Below, one piece after another: positions 50,733 to 60,782 of a stretch of DNA of 64,000 nt. The notes below the pieces were generated by a model. That model did not search any database and was not told the origin of the DNA. It saw nothing but the letters and a program-made list of their open reading frames with translations. A program made the translations under genes and the position numbers. Each line of letters begins with the position of its first letter. The stretch's first letter is position 1. This DNA is from Candidatus Dadabacteria bacterium (GTDB taxonomy: Bacteria > Desulfobacterota_D > UBA1144 > Nemesobacterales > Nemesobacteraceae): positions 19,797-83,796 of the forward strand of contig JAPPFE010000020.1 in assembly GCA_028823955.1 (NCBI GenBank), given 5' to 3'.

Positions 50733-53019
50733 CGGATTGAGCGTATTTCCTCCTCAGTCTCTGGCTTAGAATCTCCGCCAGAGTGTTAAGCAGAAAGGTG
50801 ACCGCAAACAGCAGAATCGCCGTTAGGAAAAGGACCCTGTAGAGGGTTCCCCCGTGCGGGGCTTCGGGAAGTTCGACCGCGATGTTAGCCGAAAGAGCTC
50901 GGAATCCATTAAAGAAGCTCCAGTCCATGACCGGGGTGTTGCCCGTGGCCATGAGCACGATCATAGTCTCCCCCACGGCTCTTCCGAAACCTATCATGAT
51001 GGCCGAAAATATGCCGGCGCTCGCCGAGGGCAGAACTATTCTTGTAGCCGTCTGCCACCTGTTGGCCCCGAGGGCCAAAGATCCCGCGGAAAGAGTCCTT
51101 GGAACACTCGAGAGCGCATCTTCAGAGATTGTAAATATGATGGGAATCACCGTAAAGCCCATCGCGAATCCCACGACCAGCATGTTTCTCTGATCGTAGC
51201 GAAGATCGAACATTCTGAAAAACCAGTCCCTAAAGTCCCCGGCGAAAACGAGGCTCTCAAGCGGACTGTTAAGCCACAGGGAAAGCGCAGCGGCAATCCC
51301 TATCACTCCCACGAGCGTGAAAAGCTCGGCTCCCACCCGGAATCTCCCCGAAAGCGAGAACGGAAAACGGTGCCACAGGAAAAGCACAAGAAGGGTAAGC
51401 GCGATCACAATAAACGGCATCACCAGAATCGCGACAAAGACCTTTTCAAGCAGCGGCGCAAGCCAGAGACCCGCCAGAAATCCGAGCACAACGCTTGGAA
51501 GCGCCGCCATTACCTCTATCACGGGCTTTACCACGTTCCTTATGGAGGGATGGAGAAACTGCGAAACGCATATTGCCGCCAGAACCGCAAGCGGGATCGA
51601 AAGTAGCATCGTGTATATGGCGCCCTTCAGGGTTCCGTAGGCAAGCGGCGTCAGGCTGAACTTGGGTTCGAACTCGTCTGTCCCTCCCGTTGACTGCCAC
51701 ACATACCGGGGCCTGTCGTAACCCTCGTACCATATTTTTCCGAAAAGGGAGCGGAAATTCGTCTCGGGGTGCGGATTATCAAGATAGTAGCTTGAAAGCG
51801 CCATATCGGAATCCACGGCCACCACCCCGTCCACCTTGGGAGAAAAACTAATCCCCGCATAAGGCTTCCCCCGGCCCGGAAAATCAAGCTGCTTCGTGGC
51901 GGAAGTGGCTTGATAAAGGAATATGTTTCCCGAGGTGTCGGAAGCAAGAAAGCCTCTTCCCCTCTGCGACGCGGAGAACTTGTCTACCGGCCCTGGAAGC
52001 GGAGGCAAGACGTGCACTTTAGTGAGCTTGCTTTCTTCGCCGCCACCTGTGGTCTCAAACCACACGCTCACGTTTCCCGCAGAGTCACCGACAATAAGGG
52101 AACGCTGACCTAGAAGGAACCCGATTTTAGTAACTGCCACCCCGGGACCCGCAGTAGCCCCAAGCGTGGATTTGAGTTCCGGAGAAGAGGGGTCTGAAAG
52201 CGACCAGTGATAAAGTTTCCCGTTCTTCGTTGAGACGTAGAGGTTTTGGGTCTCGGAATCGATCTGCACTCCGGTGACCGCGGCTCCTCCGAGCTCCGCT
52301 GTAAGATCGGTCGTGAAGATTTCAGTTTCGCTCTCTCCCAGAAACCCTTCCTCCTTGACTTCCAAGTAGATTATGAGGCGCCCTGAAGCCGTGTAGGCCG
52401 CAACTACCGGAGCACCGGTCTCGGGCGAGTTTTGATAGGCGAATATTTCTATCGGTTCTTGCGTTACCCGAAGAGCTTCTCCCTCCGTCACTTTTGATAC
52501 TACGGTTCTTTCCGTCCCTTCGCGGAACTCGACCCCGAAGCTTACATCGAAAGGCTTTACGTAACCTTCCCGGTCAGCAAGCGCGTAGGAAGTATTGTCT
52601 CTAGCATTATAAAAAGAGGTATAGCCGGCTGTCTTGTGAGAAATGGTGTGAGTCTTGAGGGACTTGGGTTTTTCTTCCAGAGTGAAGAAGCGTACCGACC
52701 CTAGGGAGTCCACTGTGAAGAACTGCTCCCTGTACTCATCCACCCCTATGTCGAAAATACGCACTTGCCCGGCAGCCGTCCCGGAAACAAGACGATCTTC
52801 CATTTCCGAGACGCTCTCAAGCTTTTTCCCGGGACTTTTCCACAGAGGAACGGTCTCGATCCCTATGAAAAAAAGTATCGCTACGATACAGAGAATGATT
52901 CCAGCACCGCCGACAAACACCACGTGCCTCGCCAGCCTGTCGTAGAGCTTTCTTCTCCGTATCTGCTTTTGCTTGGAACTTTCTTCGATTCCAAGCTCGT
53001 CAGTTCTATCGCTTGACAA
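50725..53019 (-). CDS. pstC: Phosphate ABC transporter permease PstC with about 450-aa N-terminal periplasmic domain
   Basis: C-terminal permease core with AGSLALGANRWQTATRIVLPSA (EAA loop). The N-terminal part is a single TM helix followed by a large Ser/Thr/Gly-rich soluble domain. Confidence 0.8.
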   Translation of the reverse strand: MSSDRTDELGIEESSKQKQIRRRKLYDRLARHVVFVGGAGIILCIVAILFFIGIETVPLWKSPGKKLESVSEMEDRLVSGTAAGQVRIFDIGVDEYREQFFTVDSLGSVRFFTLEEKPKSLKTHTISHKTAGYTSFYNARDNTSYALADREGYVKPFDVSFGVEFREGTERTVVSKVTEGEALRVTQEPIEIFAYQNSPETGAPVVAAYTASGRLIIYLEVKEEGFLGESETEIFTTDLTAELGGAAVTGVQIDSETQNLYVSTKNGKLYHWSLSDPSSPELKSTLGATAGPGVAVTKIGFLLGQRSLIVGDSAGNVSVWFETTGGGEESKLTKVHVLPPLPGPVDKFSASQRGRGFLASDTSGNIFLYQATSATKQLDFPGRGKPYAGISFSPKVDGVVAVDSDMALSSYYLDNPHPETNFRSLFGKIWYEGYDRPRYVWQSTGGTDEFEPKFSLTPLAYGTLKGAIYTMLLSIPLAVLAAICVSQFLHPSIRNVVKPVIEVMAALPSVVLGFLAGLWLAPLLEKVFVAILVMPFIVIALTLLVLFLWHRFPFSLSGRFRVGAELFTLVGVIGIAAALSLWLNSPLESLVFAGDFRDWFFRMFDLRYDQRNMLVVGFAMGFTVIPIIFTISEDALSSVPRTLSAGSLALGANRWQTATRIVLPSASAGIFSAIMIGFGRAVGETMIVLMATGNTPVMDWSFFNGFRALSANIAVELPEAPHGGTLYRVLFLTAILLFAVTFLLNTLAEILSQRLRRKYAQSDA

Positions 53020-53156
53020 TGAAATTACCTTGCACCCGGGACATCAGGTGCGAAAAAGACGGCTTAAAATCCGACCTCCCCGGGGTAAACGGCCGAACGC
53101 AGGCAGATCCGAAACAGTTCCGGGCCCATCCGCGCAAAAAGCCTTAAATAGCATAC

Positions 53157-54191
53157 CTAGTTCGCACCTATAAGGTCTCTTAACTCGGAGGCTTTCCCTG
53201 CGGTCAAGGGAAGATAACCGTCCTTTATTACTATCTCCTGTCCCTCCTGACTCAGAATGTATTTCAGAAACTCAAGGCGTAGCGGATCAAGGGCTTCGTT
53301 CGGCTTTTTGTTCACGTAAAGATAGAGATACCTTCCGAGCGGATACTTCTTGCCGATGACATTCTCGAGGCTGGGCCCGAAACAGCCCTTCTCAGCGGTC
53401 TTGGCAATCTCGATCGCCTTCACTCCGGAAGTTTTGTACCCGATGCCGCTGTAGCCGATCCCCTGGAGATCCTCAGTAATTCCCTGCACAACGGCGGAGG
53501 ATCCTGGCTGCTCCTTGACGGTGTCCTTGTAGTCGCCCTTGCAAAGCGCCTTCTTTTTGAAGTAACCGTAGGTCCCTGAAGCCGAGTTTCGCCCATAGAC
53601 GCTCATCGGCTTGCCGGACCAATCGCCGCCGAGCCCAGCCGCCCCCCAGGTAGAAATATCGGAACCGCCGCCGCACTTTCTGTTCTTTGAGAAAATGGCG
53701 TCTACCTGCTTTATCGAAAGACACCCGATCGGGTTATCCTTGTTGACGTAAACCGCAAGAGCGTCAATTGACGTCGGAACCGCAGTCGGTTTGTAGCCGG
53801 TTTCCTTTTCGAAGGCGTCGATCTCTTTTGATTTCATCATTCTCGACATGGGTCCGAACTGGGAAGTCCCCGCTATGAGAGCCGGGGGGGCAGTGCTTGA
53901 ACCCTTGCCCTCTATCTGGCATCTAACGTTGGGGTAGAATTTTGAAAATCCCTCGCACCAGAACGTCATAAGGTTGTTCATTGTGTCGGAACCCACGCTG
54001 TCTATGTTTCCCGAAACGCCCGTCGCCTTCGCATAGGAAGGTATGGACGGGTCGACTTTGACCGTCTGGGCCCCCGCGACAGAACTGGAGGCAAACGTGT
54101 AAACGATCGCAAAAAGCGTAAAACACAATGTAACACTCAAATTCTTCATTACGAGAATCCTCCTTAAGATAGTGGAAAACAAACCGAGCAA
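53157..54191 (-). CDS. pstS: Phosphate ABC transporter substrate-binding protein PstS
   Basis: Signal peptide and PBP-like fold with the phosphate-binding segments GSDTMNNL and SASGTYGYF. Confidence 0.9.
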   Translation of the reverse strand: MLGLFSTILRRILVMKNLSVTLCFTLFAIVYTFASSSVAGAQTVKVDPSIPSYAKATGVSGNIDSVGSDTMNNLMTFWCEGFSKFYPNVRCQIEGKGSSTAPPALIAGTSQFGPMSRMMKSKEIDAFEKETGYKPTAVPTSIDALAVYVNKDNPIGCLSIKQVDAIFSKNRKCGGGSDISTWGAAGLGGDWSGKPMSVYGRNSASGTYGYFKKKALCKGDYKDTVKEQPGSSAVVQGITEDLQGIGYSGIGYKTSGVKAIEIAKTAEKGCFGPSLENVIGKKYPLGRYLYLYVNKKPNEALDPLRLEFLKYILSQEGQEIVIKDGYLPLTAGKASELRDLIGAN

Positions 54192-54312
54192 GTTGGATTA
54201 ATTAAAACCCGGAAAAGTTAAGCGGGTGTTAAGAAGCAATTAAAAAAAGATAAACAAATAAAGAATGAGGAAAAAACTGGTAAAGCTTCAGAGAAAAAGC
54301 CGCTCTCCTGTG

Positions 54313-55149
54313 CTAGCGTCCAGTTCCCTCGGCGATTACGATGCGTCTGTTGGGAGCCTTCTGGCTTGCCTCGTAGTATTCGAGGGCCTCGGGCATCCAC
54401 TTGCGGATGTTTTTTATCCTAGTCCTGTAACCGGGGTGGGTGGAAAGAAACTCGGGCGGAGCACCTCGTCCCGCGGCCCCCATCCTCTCCCAGAAGGGAA
54501 TGGCCTCGCGGGGGTCATAGCCCGCCTTTGCCATGTATATGAGGCCTATCCTGTCGGCCTCTGATTCCTGCTTTCTTGAAAACGGCAGGGCGACCACAAG
54601 CGCCGTCCCCACTCCGTAGGCGGCAAGAACCCTGCTTGTGGTTTTTTTGTCCTTTTTCTTCATGGCCGACGCGAGCGCCGCAGAGCCCATTTCGAGCAGA
54701 ATTCCGAGAGTAAGCCTCTCCCCTCCGTGGCGCGCCGTCGCATGGGCAACCTCGTGGGCCATCACGGTAGCGAGTCCCGCCTCGGTTTTGGCAACGGGCA
54801 TCATTCCGGTGTAAACCCCGATTTTCCCCCCGGGAAGCGCAAAGGCGTTCACCAGCTTGTCGTTATCGAAAACAGTGTATCGCCACCTGAGGTTGGGGGT
54901 GTGGGAAACCGCGGCTATACGCTGCCCAACCCTCCTCACGACCCCGTTGTAGTGCGCATCACGCGAGATCTTCTCGGTCTCAAGCAGGTTCACGTACGCA
55001 CTTGCGCCAAGCTGCATTTCGAAGGCTTGGGGAAGTAGTATAAACTGCGTCCTGTTGGTAATCGGGGCCCTGGCGCACGCAACGAGGAGGAGCAAAAAAA
55101 GCAGAACTCCGGCCGGAAAAAGACTTTTCCTTTTAAATATCGACCTCAA
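54313..55149 (-). CDS. M48-family zinc metallopeptidase (lipoprotein)
   Basis: HEXXH in AHEVAHATARH, with a downstream Glu. Signal/lipobox LLLLVACA. Confidence 0.8.
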   Translation of the reverse strand: MRSIFKRKSLFPAGVLLFLLLLVACARAPITNRTQFILLPQAFEMQLGASAYVNLLETEKISRDAHYNGVVRRVGQRIAAVSHTPNLRWRYTVFDNDKLVNAFALPGGKIGVYTGMMPVAKTEAGLATVMAHEVAHATARHGGERLTLGILLEMGSAALASAMKKKDKKTTSRVLAAYGVGTALVVALPFSRKQESEADRIGLIYMAKAGYDPREAIPFWERMGAAGRGAPPEFLSTHPGYRTRIKNIRKWMPEALEYYEASQKAPNRRIVIAEGTGR

Positions 55150-55226
55150 TTTCCGTTAATTCTCAAGGCCCGCAAGCCTGCGGGCCCTGAGTCAAGTAAA
55201 AAGCCTAACTTTCTAAGCTAATGGAA

Positions 55227-56399
55227 TCAGGAAAGATCCGCTTCCCTCATCCTTTTCATTCCTTCGTCTATATCGTCGTCAGAACACGCGTAGGTAACCC
55301 TCACGTAACCCTCCCCCTGGCTTCCGAATGCTGTGCCGGCCACTACGGCGACCGCCGCGCGCTCAACCAGCCTGTCGGTGAACTCCTGGGAGGTAAGTCC
55401 CGTTCCCGAAATGTCGGCGAAGGCGTAGAACGCACCGTCGGGAGTATCGCATGTTATGCCGTCGACGCTGTTTAGCCCGGCGACCATACGATCCCTTTTC
55501 TGCTCAAGCAGAACCAGCTTGTTCTCAACCCAGTCCTGCGGCCCGGTTAGAGCCGCGTGCGCCGCTTTCTGTATGAACGCAGCCACGTTTGTGATTGAGT
55601 CCTGAAGGAATATAGAGAGCTTCTCGATAACCGGCCTCGGGGCCACGGTCCAACCTATTCTCCACCCTGTCATAGCCCATGTCTTTGAGAACGTGTCTAT
55701 GCAGATCACCCTGTCGCGTATGCTTTCTATCGATGAGATCGAGAGATGTGGCTTTCCGAAGGTTACCTGGGAGAATATCTCGTCAGATATGATCATCACC
55801 TGGGGATGGCGCTCAAGCATATCGGCTATCTCCTGGGGGTTCTCCACCAGGTGGCCGTTCGGCCTCTGGGGAGTGTTTATGATCACGAGCTTCGTTTTCG
55901 GGGTGATGAGTCCTTCCAGCTTCTCAACGTCGAACTGCCAGTCGGGCTTTGTAAGCGGGGTGTGCTTTATCACCGCGTTTGCGTACTTGGCCCATACCTC
56001 ATCGGGGGGATATCCCGGGTTCGGGAATATCACCTCGTCCCCGTCCTCAAGAAAGGTAAGAAGGTTCATCGTAAGGGAGTGCTTCGCTCCCGCCGTCACT
56101 ATGACCTCGTCGGGCTCCGTGGGTCTTCCACGCTCACCCATCTTCTCTGCTATGGCCTCCCGAAGCTCGGGAAGTCCCGGCCCTGGGTCGTACCTTACGT
56201 AACCGTCTCTAAGTGCCTGCTCCGTAGCGTCAAGAACATGCTCCGGCGTATCGAAATCGGGTCCCTGATAATCACCCTTTTCAAAGTGAATGATCTTTTT
56301 TCCCGTTTTCCTCTCAAGTTCCCTCGCGACCCTCATGCTCGCCCACTGCTTGGGCGGAACAAAGTGCGAGGTGCGCGAACTGTATCCATATGATGACAT
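55227..56399 (-). CDS. Pyridoxal-phosphate-dependent aminotransferase, class I (aspartate/aromatic aminotransferase-like)
   Basis: 390 aa. PLP-Lys region SFSKTWAMTGWRIGW and fold type I length. Confidence 0.85.
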   Translation of the reverse strand: MSSYGYSSRTSHFVPPKQWASMRVARELERKTGKKIIHFEKGDYQGPDFDTPEHVLDATEQALRDGYVRYDPGPGLPELREAIAEKMGERGRPTEPDEVIVTAGAKHSLTMNLLTFLEDGDEVIFPNPGYPPDEVWAKYANAVIKHTPLTKPDWQFDVEKLEGLITPKTKLVIINTPQRPNGHLVENPQEIADMLERHPQVMIISDEIFSQVTFGKPHLSISSIESIRDRVICIDTFSKTWAMTGWRIGWTVAPRPVIEKLSIFLQDSITNVAAFIQKAAHAALTGPQDWVENKLVLLEQKRDRMVAGLNSVDGITCDTPDGAFYAFADISGTGLTSQEFTDRLVERAAVAVVAGTAFGSQGEGYVRVTYACSDDDIDEGMKRMREADLS

Positions 56400-56432
56400 A
56401 ACTCCTCTCCTCCTTAAGTTTTTTTCAAAAAG

Positions 56433-57071
56433 CTAAGAGTCCTTGTTTATCAGCAGTCCGGAAGCAAGCTGCGAGAAAACCGCGTCGGCCACCTCTCCCG
56501 CATCCATCGAGAAATCGTGGTGAACCATTACCGCGCCCACGGCCCCGTAGAGCATGAGGGCGCGAAGCCTCGGATTCTGCCTCACGAAGCTTCCTTCGTC
56601 TATGCCTTTTTCTATTATTTTTTCGTAGAGTCTCACCCGCCGCGTTCTCCACTTCTCGGTAAGCTCAAAGTGTTCCTTAAGAAGATGCGTCTCGTCGCGG
56701 CTCAGTATGCGAAGAACCTTCAAGTTCTGTCTGTAGAAAGTGAATATGGTCGTAAGCAGCTTGCGGAGCTTAAGAGGGGCTGGGTCCGAATTCTCTACTT
56801 CCTCATGCAGGAGCGCTTCTATGGCCTCGAAGCTTTCCTTAAGGATTTCGAGGTAGAGATTCTCCTTGGAAGAAAAGTAGTTGTAGAGGGTTCCTTTCGA
56901 TACGCCCATCTCCTCGGCTATCTCTTCCATGGTGACCTCGTGGTAGCCCTTCTCGGAGAAAAGGTCGGTCGCAGCTCTTAATATCTCATCGCGGCGCCTG
57001 AACTTGCGGGACGTCTGTGTGCTCTGCGTACTTCTCTCGGGAACGCTGTTAGTCTGAACCATACTCCTCAC
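56433..57071 (-). CDS. TetR/AcrR-family transcriptional regulator
   Basis: N-terminal HTH ILRAATDLFSEKGYHEVTMEEIAEEMGVSKGTLYNYF. Confidence 0.85.
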   Translation of the reverse strand: MRSMVQTNSVPERSTQSTQTSRKFRRRDEILRAATDLFSEKGYHEVTMEEIAEEMGVSKGTLYNYFSSKENLYLEILKESFEAIEALLHEEVENSDPAPLKLRKLLTTIFTFYRQNLKVLRILSRDETHLLKEHFELTEKWRTRRVRLYEKIIEKGIDEGSFVRQNPRLRALMLYGAVGAVMVHHDFSMDAGEVADAVFSQLASGLLINKDS

Positions 57072-57169
57072 CCACTGACTGACTCGTCAGTCAGATTAAC
57101 AAGTCCTTAAAAAATTGTCAAGGAGAAATTTAAGCTTGTTGAAATCAGGGTCCAGCCGTCCCGCGGCAG

Positions 57170-58666
57170 ATGAAATCTCCCAAGGAGACCAAAATCTTTA
57201 AATTCGCAGAAATTCCCTTACCATATATCTTCAATATGGGAAGGATAATATTGGTCATTTTTGTGCTCGGGGTGATTCTCGCGGCGGGGGTTTTCCTCTC
57301 GGAGAACGTGTCGAGGCATGACGCCGAAAGACCCACTCACAAGACCCCGGCGCTTGAGCCGCTTCCAGAGCATCTTTCAAAAGCAACTATCCCGGTCTCC
57401 GTTCCCATAGCTGCAATAGGGGAAGCGCTTGAGCGCAAGACGCCGAAACAGGAGTCGGGTTCAAGGAAAAACAGTCTCGGAAGATCCTTCGCCCAAAGCG
57501 AACTCAACTGGAATCTAAGCCGTTCACGTCTTCAGGTATTGGGCCGAAGCGGAGCGCTAGACATAGCGACCGAGCTTAGCGGAGAGGCCCGCGCGACGGG
57601 GACCATTCAGCTGGCAAGGAAAGTCGACTTCAGCACAAGCGGCGACGTACTTGCAAACGTCTCCCTCACCGCGAGTCCGACCCTCGAAACCAACTGGCGC
57701 GTATCCCCGAACCTCTCCGAGGTAAAAATAGATATACAAAAGGCCGACATACCGATAAAACGCATTGGAAACCTTGACGTAAGAGGAGATATACTTCCCG
57801 GAGTCCGAATCACGGCCGATGCGCTTCGCACGCAACTTAACCAAAGCGTGGCCAGAAGCGATTTTTTTGAGCAGGCGGCAAGAAAAGGCTGGAAGAGGCT
57901 TTGCGGTTCAACACCGCTTGGAGAAGACTCGGATCTCTGGCTTGAAACAAGGCCCGTAGTTGCGCGCGCGGCACAGGTCCGCATCGCCCGCAAAGACATC
58001 CGTGCCACGATTGGAATTGAAGTAGAAACGCGCATCCTGACAGAGCATACGCAGCCAGAATGCCCCTTCCCGAGAACCTTGCTCCTAGAAGAGCCAAAGC
58101 CGGGAAGCTTCGAAATCATTATGCCCACCATAATCGACTACGAAACGCTTGAGCGAAAACTCGCCGAAGAGGTAGTCGGCAAGTCTCTGGGCAAGAACAT
58201 CTCCATAGCCATAAAGGCAATAAGGGTCCACCCGTATGGAGAAAAGCTTCTGCTTGAAACCGAGGTGGCTGTGGAAGCCAAAATCCTCTCAGGCACGGAA
58301 GCGAAGGGAACCCTGTACGTGGTTGCCGAACCGGAACTAGACGCCGAGACGCAGACCATAACGCTGGAAAACGTAGCACTCGATATCGATTCGCAAAACA
58401 TGCTTCTCTTAATGGCTGGAAAGGCAGCGGAGCCCCTGCTTCTCGAAGCCGTCTCAAAGCGTCTTCCATTTGACCTCGAGCCTAAGCTTGAGGAACTGCG
58501 AGATGGCACGGAGGACGCGATTTTGGCACTTTCATCGGAGAACATTTCGGTTACAGGAAAAGTGAACCGGGTGCGCCTGACCCGCCTTGACGTAGGGCCC
58601 GAACACCTGCGTTTAGTCCTCACGTCAGAAGGCAGGGTTAGGGCAAGAGTGCAGGCAATTCCCTAG
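57170..58666 (+). CDS. Large membrane-anchored hypothetical protein (possibly DUF4403-like), divergent from the TetR gene
   Basis: N-terminal TM anchor RIILVIFVLGVILAAGVF, then a 450-aa soluble domain with no catalytic motif I recognise. An alternative start is the ATG at 57236. Confidence 0.5.
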   Translation: MKSPKETKIFKFAEIPLPYIFNMGRIILVIFVLGVILAAGVFLSENVSRHDAERPTHKTPALEPLPEHLSKATIPVSVPIAAIGEALERKTPKQESGSRKNSLGRSFAQSELNWNLSRSRLQVLGRSGALDIATELSGEARATGTIQLARKVDFSTSGDVLANVSLTASPTLETNWRVSPNLSEVKIDIQKADIPIKRIGNLDVRGDILPGVRITADALRTQLNQSVARSDFFEQAARKGWKRLCGSTPLGEDSDLWLETRPVVARAAQVRIARKDIRATIGIEVETRILTEHTQPECPFPRTLLLEEPKPGSFEIIMPTIIDYETLERKLAEEVVGKSLGKNISIAIKAIRVHPYGEKLLLETEVAVEAKILSGTEAKGTLYVVAEPELDAETQTITLENVALDIDSQNMLLLMAGKAAEPLLLEAVSKRLPFDLEPKLEELRDGTEDAILALSSENISVTGKVNRVRLTRLDVGPEHLRLVLTSEGRVRARVQAIP

Positions 58667-58747
58667 TGTATTTTTTCGCGTCCAAGAGTTCTGGAGGAAA
58701 TTTCGAAGTGGAGTTTTTCTGGTACATTTTTTAGAGGAGGAAATCAT

Positions 58748-59479
58748 ATGAGCGTATGGGGAAAAATAATCGGCGGTGCCGCGGGTTTTGCTCTCGGCGG
58801 CCCTATCGGTGCGTTGCTCGGCGCCATGGCAGGTCACGCGTTCGTGGATACCGGGGAGCGGCCAACCGACACGCGCTCGAGAAAACAGGTTGCCTTCACG
58901 GCCGGAGTTATAGTGCTGGCGGCCAAGATGGCTAAAGCTGACGGGGTAGTGAGAGAAGAGGAGATCCAGGCTTTCCAAAAGGTGTTTCATCCGATCCTGA
59001 GAAACGAGGTAAAAGAAGCTGAGGTTGCCCGGGTTTTCAATATCGCTAAGAAAGACTCGGAAGGCTTTGAACCCTACGCACAGCAGCTTGCCGAGATGTT
59101 CAGGGGCAACCCCGCAGTTCTTGAGGAGCTTTTAAACTGCCTGTTTCTCATCGCCAAGGCAGATAACGTCTACCACCCCAAGGAAAACGAGTATCTCAAA
59201 AGCGTGGCCGAGATATTCGGACTGAGCGAAGCGGCATTCAGGCGAATCCGCGCCGCACATGGCGTTGACAAGCCGGATCCGTACGAAGTCCTGGGAGTTA
59301 CAAGGGACATCTCGGACGACAAACTTAAAAGCAAGTACCGCGAACTTGTCCGCGCGCACCATCCCGACAGTCTGATAGCCCAAGGCGTTCCCCAGGAATT
59401 TGTTGATGCGGCAAACGAGAAGCTCGCAGTCATTAACGATGCCTACGACCGGATCGAGAAGGAGCGAAAGGCGGTCTGA
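58748..59479 (+). CDS. djlA: Co-chaperone DjlA (TerB-like domain + C-terminal J domain)
   Basis: N-terminal Gly-zipper TM (IIGGAAGFALGGPIGALLGAMAG). C-terminal J domain DPYEVLGVTRDISDDKLKSKYRELVRAHHPD. Confidence 0.8.
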   Translation: MSVWGKIIGGAAGFALGGPIGALLGAMAGHAFVDTGERPTDTRSRKQVAFTAGVIVLAAKMAKADGVVREEEIQAFQKVFHPILRNEVKEAEVARVFNIAKKDSEGFEPYAQQLAEMFRGNPAVLEELLNCLFLIAKADNVYHPKENEYLKSVAEIFGLSEAAFRRIRAAHGVDKPDPYEVLGVTRDISDDKLKSKYRELVRAHHPDSLIAQGVPQEFVDAANEKLAVINDAYDRIEKERKAV

Positions 59480-59530
59480 TTCCTCTACGCAGACGCTCCC
59501 CTATGACACCCTGAAAGGAGTATTATTCCA

Positions 59531-60190
59531 TTGAGCGAACCGATTGCCCTTTGCTTCAGCGGCGGCAAGGACAGTGCCATGGCGCTTCAGGAAATCCGAA
59601 GGCGCGGGGAATACCACGTGGCGGAACTTGTGACAACGGTGACTGATGCCTATGATCGGGTGAGCATGCACGGAGTGCGTCGTACGCTGCTTCGCAGACA
59701 GGCGGAGTCCTTGGGTCTGCCGCTTGTGGAAGTCGTGGTGCCGCCGGGATCGTCAAATGCTGTCTACGAACGGGAAATGGGAAAGGCGTTCTCCAATATC
59801 CGCAACAAGGGCATTCGCCGGATTGCCTTCGGCGATATATTCCTAGAAGACCTTAGGGATTACAGAGAACGGCAGCTCGCGGCCTCGGGATTAACCTGCC
59901 TCTTCCCCCTATGGAAGAAGCCGACTCGGTCTTTAGCCCGGACCTTTATAGACGAGGGGTTTCGTGCGGTAACTGTATGCGTTTACTCCAAAATGCTTGA
60001 TGAGTCCTTCGCCGGACGCCGCTTCGACACGACGTTTCTTGATGACCTTCCAAGCGGGGTCGACCCCTGCGGAGAGAACGGGGAATTCCACACGTTTGTT
60101 TTCGACGGGCCGATATTCTCCCAGCCGATTGAGTTTGCGGGCGGTACGGTAGTGGAAAGAGACGGTTTCTTCTTTTACGACCTCTTGTAA
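59531..60190 (+). CDS. PP-loop ATP pyrophosphatase of the Dph6/MJ0570 (Diphthami_syn_2) family
   Basis: N-terminal PP-loop ALCFSGGKDSAMAL and C-terminal ENGEFHTFVFDGP block typical of this family. Confidence 0.7.
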   Translation: MSEPIALCFSGGKDSAMALQEIRRRGEYHVAELVTTVTDAYDRVSMHGVRRTLLRRQAESLGLPLVEVVVPPGSSNAVYEREMGKAFSNIRNKGIRRIAFGDIFLEDLRDYRERQLAASGLTCLFPLWKKPTRSLARTFIDEGFRAVTVCVYSKMLDESFAGRRFDTTFLDDLPSGVDPCGENGEFHTFVFDGPIFSQPIEFAGGTVVERDGFFFYDLL

Positions 60191-60335
60191 AGATAACTCC
60201 CCGCAAGTTCATTCATTTCACCGTTGCTCTCACATCAAACAATCGCTTCTTTACGCGAAATCTATCTTTTGACTTAGGGATGTCTTTTAAAATCGCCACA
60301 TAATACCGATAAACGGAAGTTCTTTTGTGCCTGAC

Positions 60336-60782
60336 TCAGTTTGTCCGCGGGAGATGTTTGAACTTGGGTGACCGGCGAAATATATCCGCAAGGGCTTTTC
60401 GTTCCTCCCAGTTAAGCTCGGATGCTATCTCGACCATGACTTCGAGAACCCGCCGCTTTTGCCTCTGGCGCTCAAGGAACATCTTGTCCAGGCTCTCTCG
60501 ATAAGCTTCGGCATCGAACTGCTCCGCCTCGAGAATAGCGATTACCTCACCGCTCAGCTGCCGTCTTACTTTTTTCCTCTCCGCATCGGGAAGCGCAGTG
60601 CGCAGTTTTTCCTTAAGCTCGGCGCGCCTTGCTTCCGGAATGGAACATTCGTCAAGCAGGGCGACTATATGCTCTCCCCGCTTCGCTTGATGACGGTCAC
60701 ACCCTCGTCCCGCTGCAAAGCCGATGAGAACAACTCCAAGGACAATCAGCAAAAATATCAATAATCTGACCGGGTCTCTCAT
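60336..60782 (-). CDS. Periplasmic CnrX/Spy-like (heavy-metal-sensor family) helical protein
   Basis: Start taken at the MRDPV ATG overlapping the anti-sigma stop (ATGA). One TM/signal segment, then a helical, charged domain with paired RxxLxxE-type repeats. Confidence 0.45.
   Translation of the reverse strand: MRDPVRLLIFLLIVLGVVLIGFAAGRGCDRHQAKRGEHIVALLDECSIPEARRAELKEKLRTALPDAERKKVRRQLSGEVIAILEAEQFDAEAYRESLDKMFLERQRQKRRVLEVMVEIASELNWEERKALADIFRRSPKFKHLPRTN

Noticed and set aside
49275-51606. 332-aa and 250-aa plus-strand ORFs.
   Set aside because: They are antisense to pstA and pstC, which carry clear ABC permease signatures. The translations are low-complexity and Arg/His/Lys-rich.
55693-56393. 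169-aa and 215-aa plus-strand ORFs.
   Set aside because: They are antisense to the class I aminotransferase gene.
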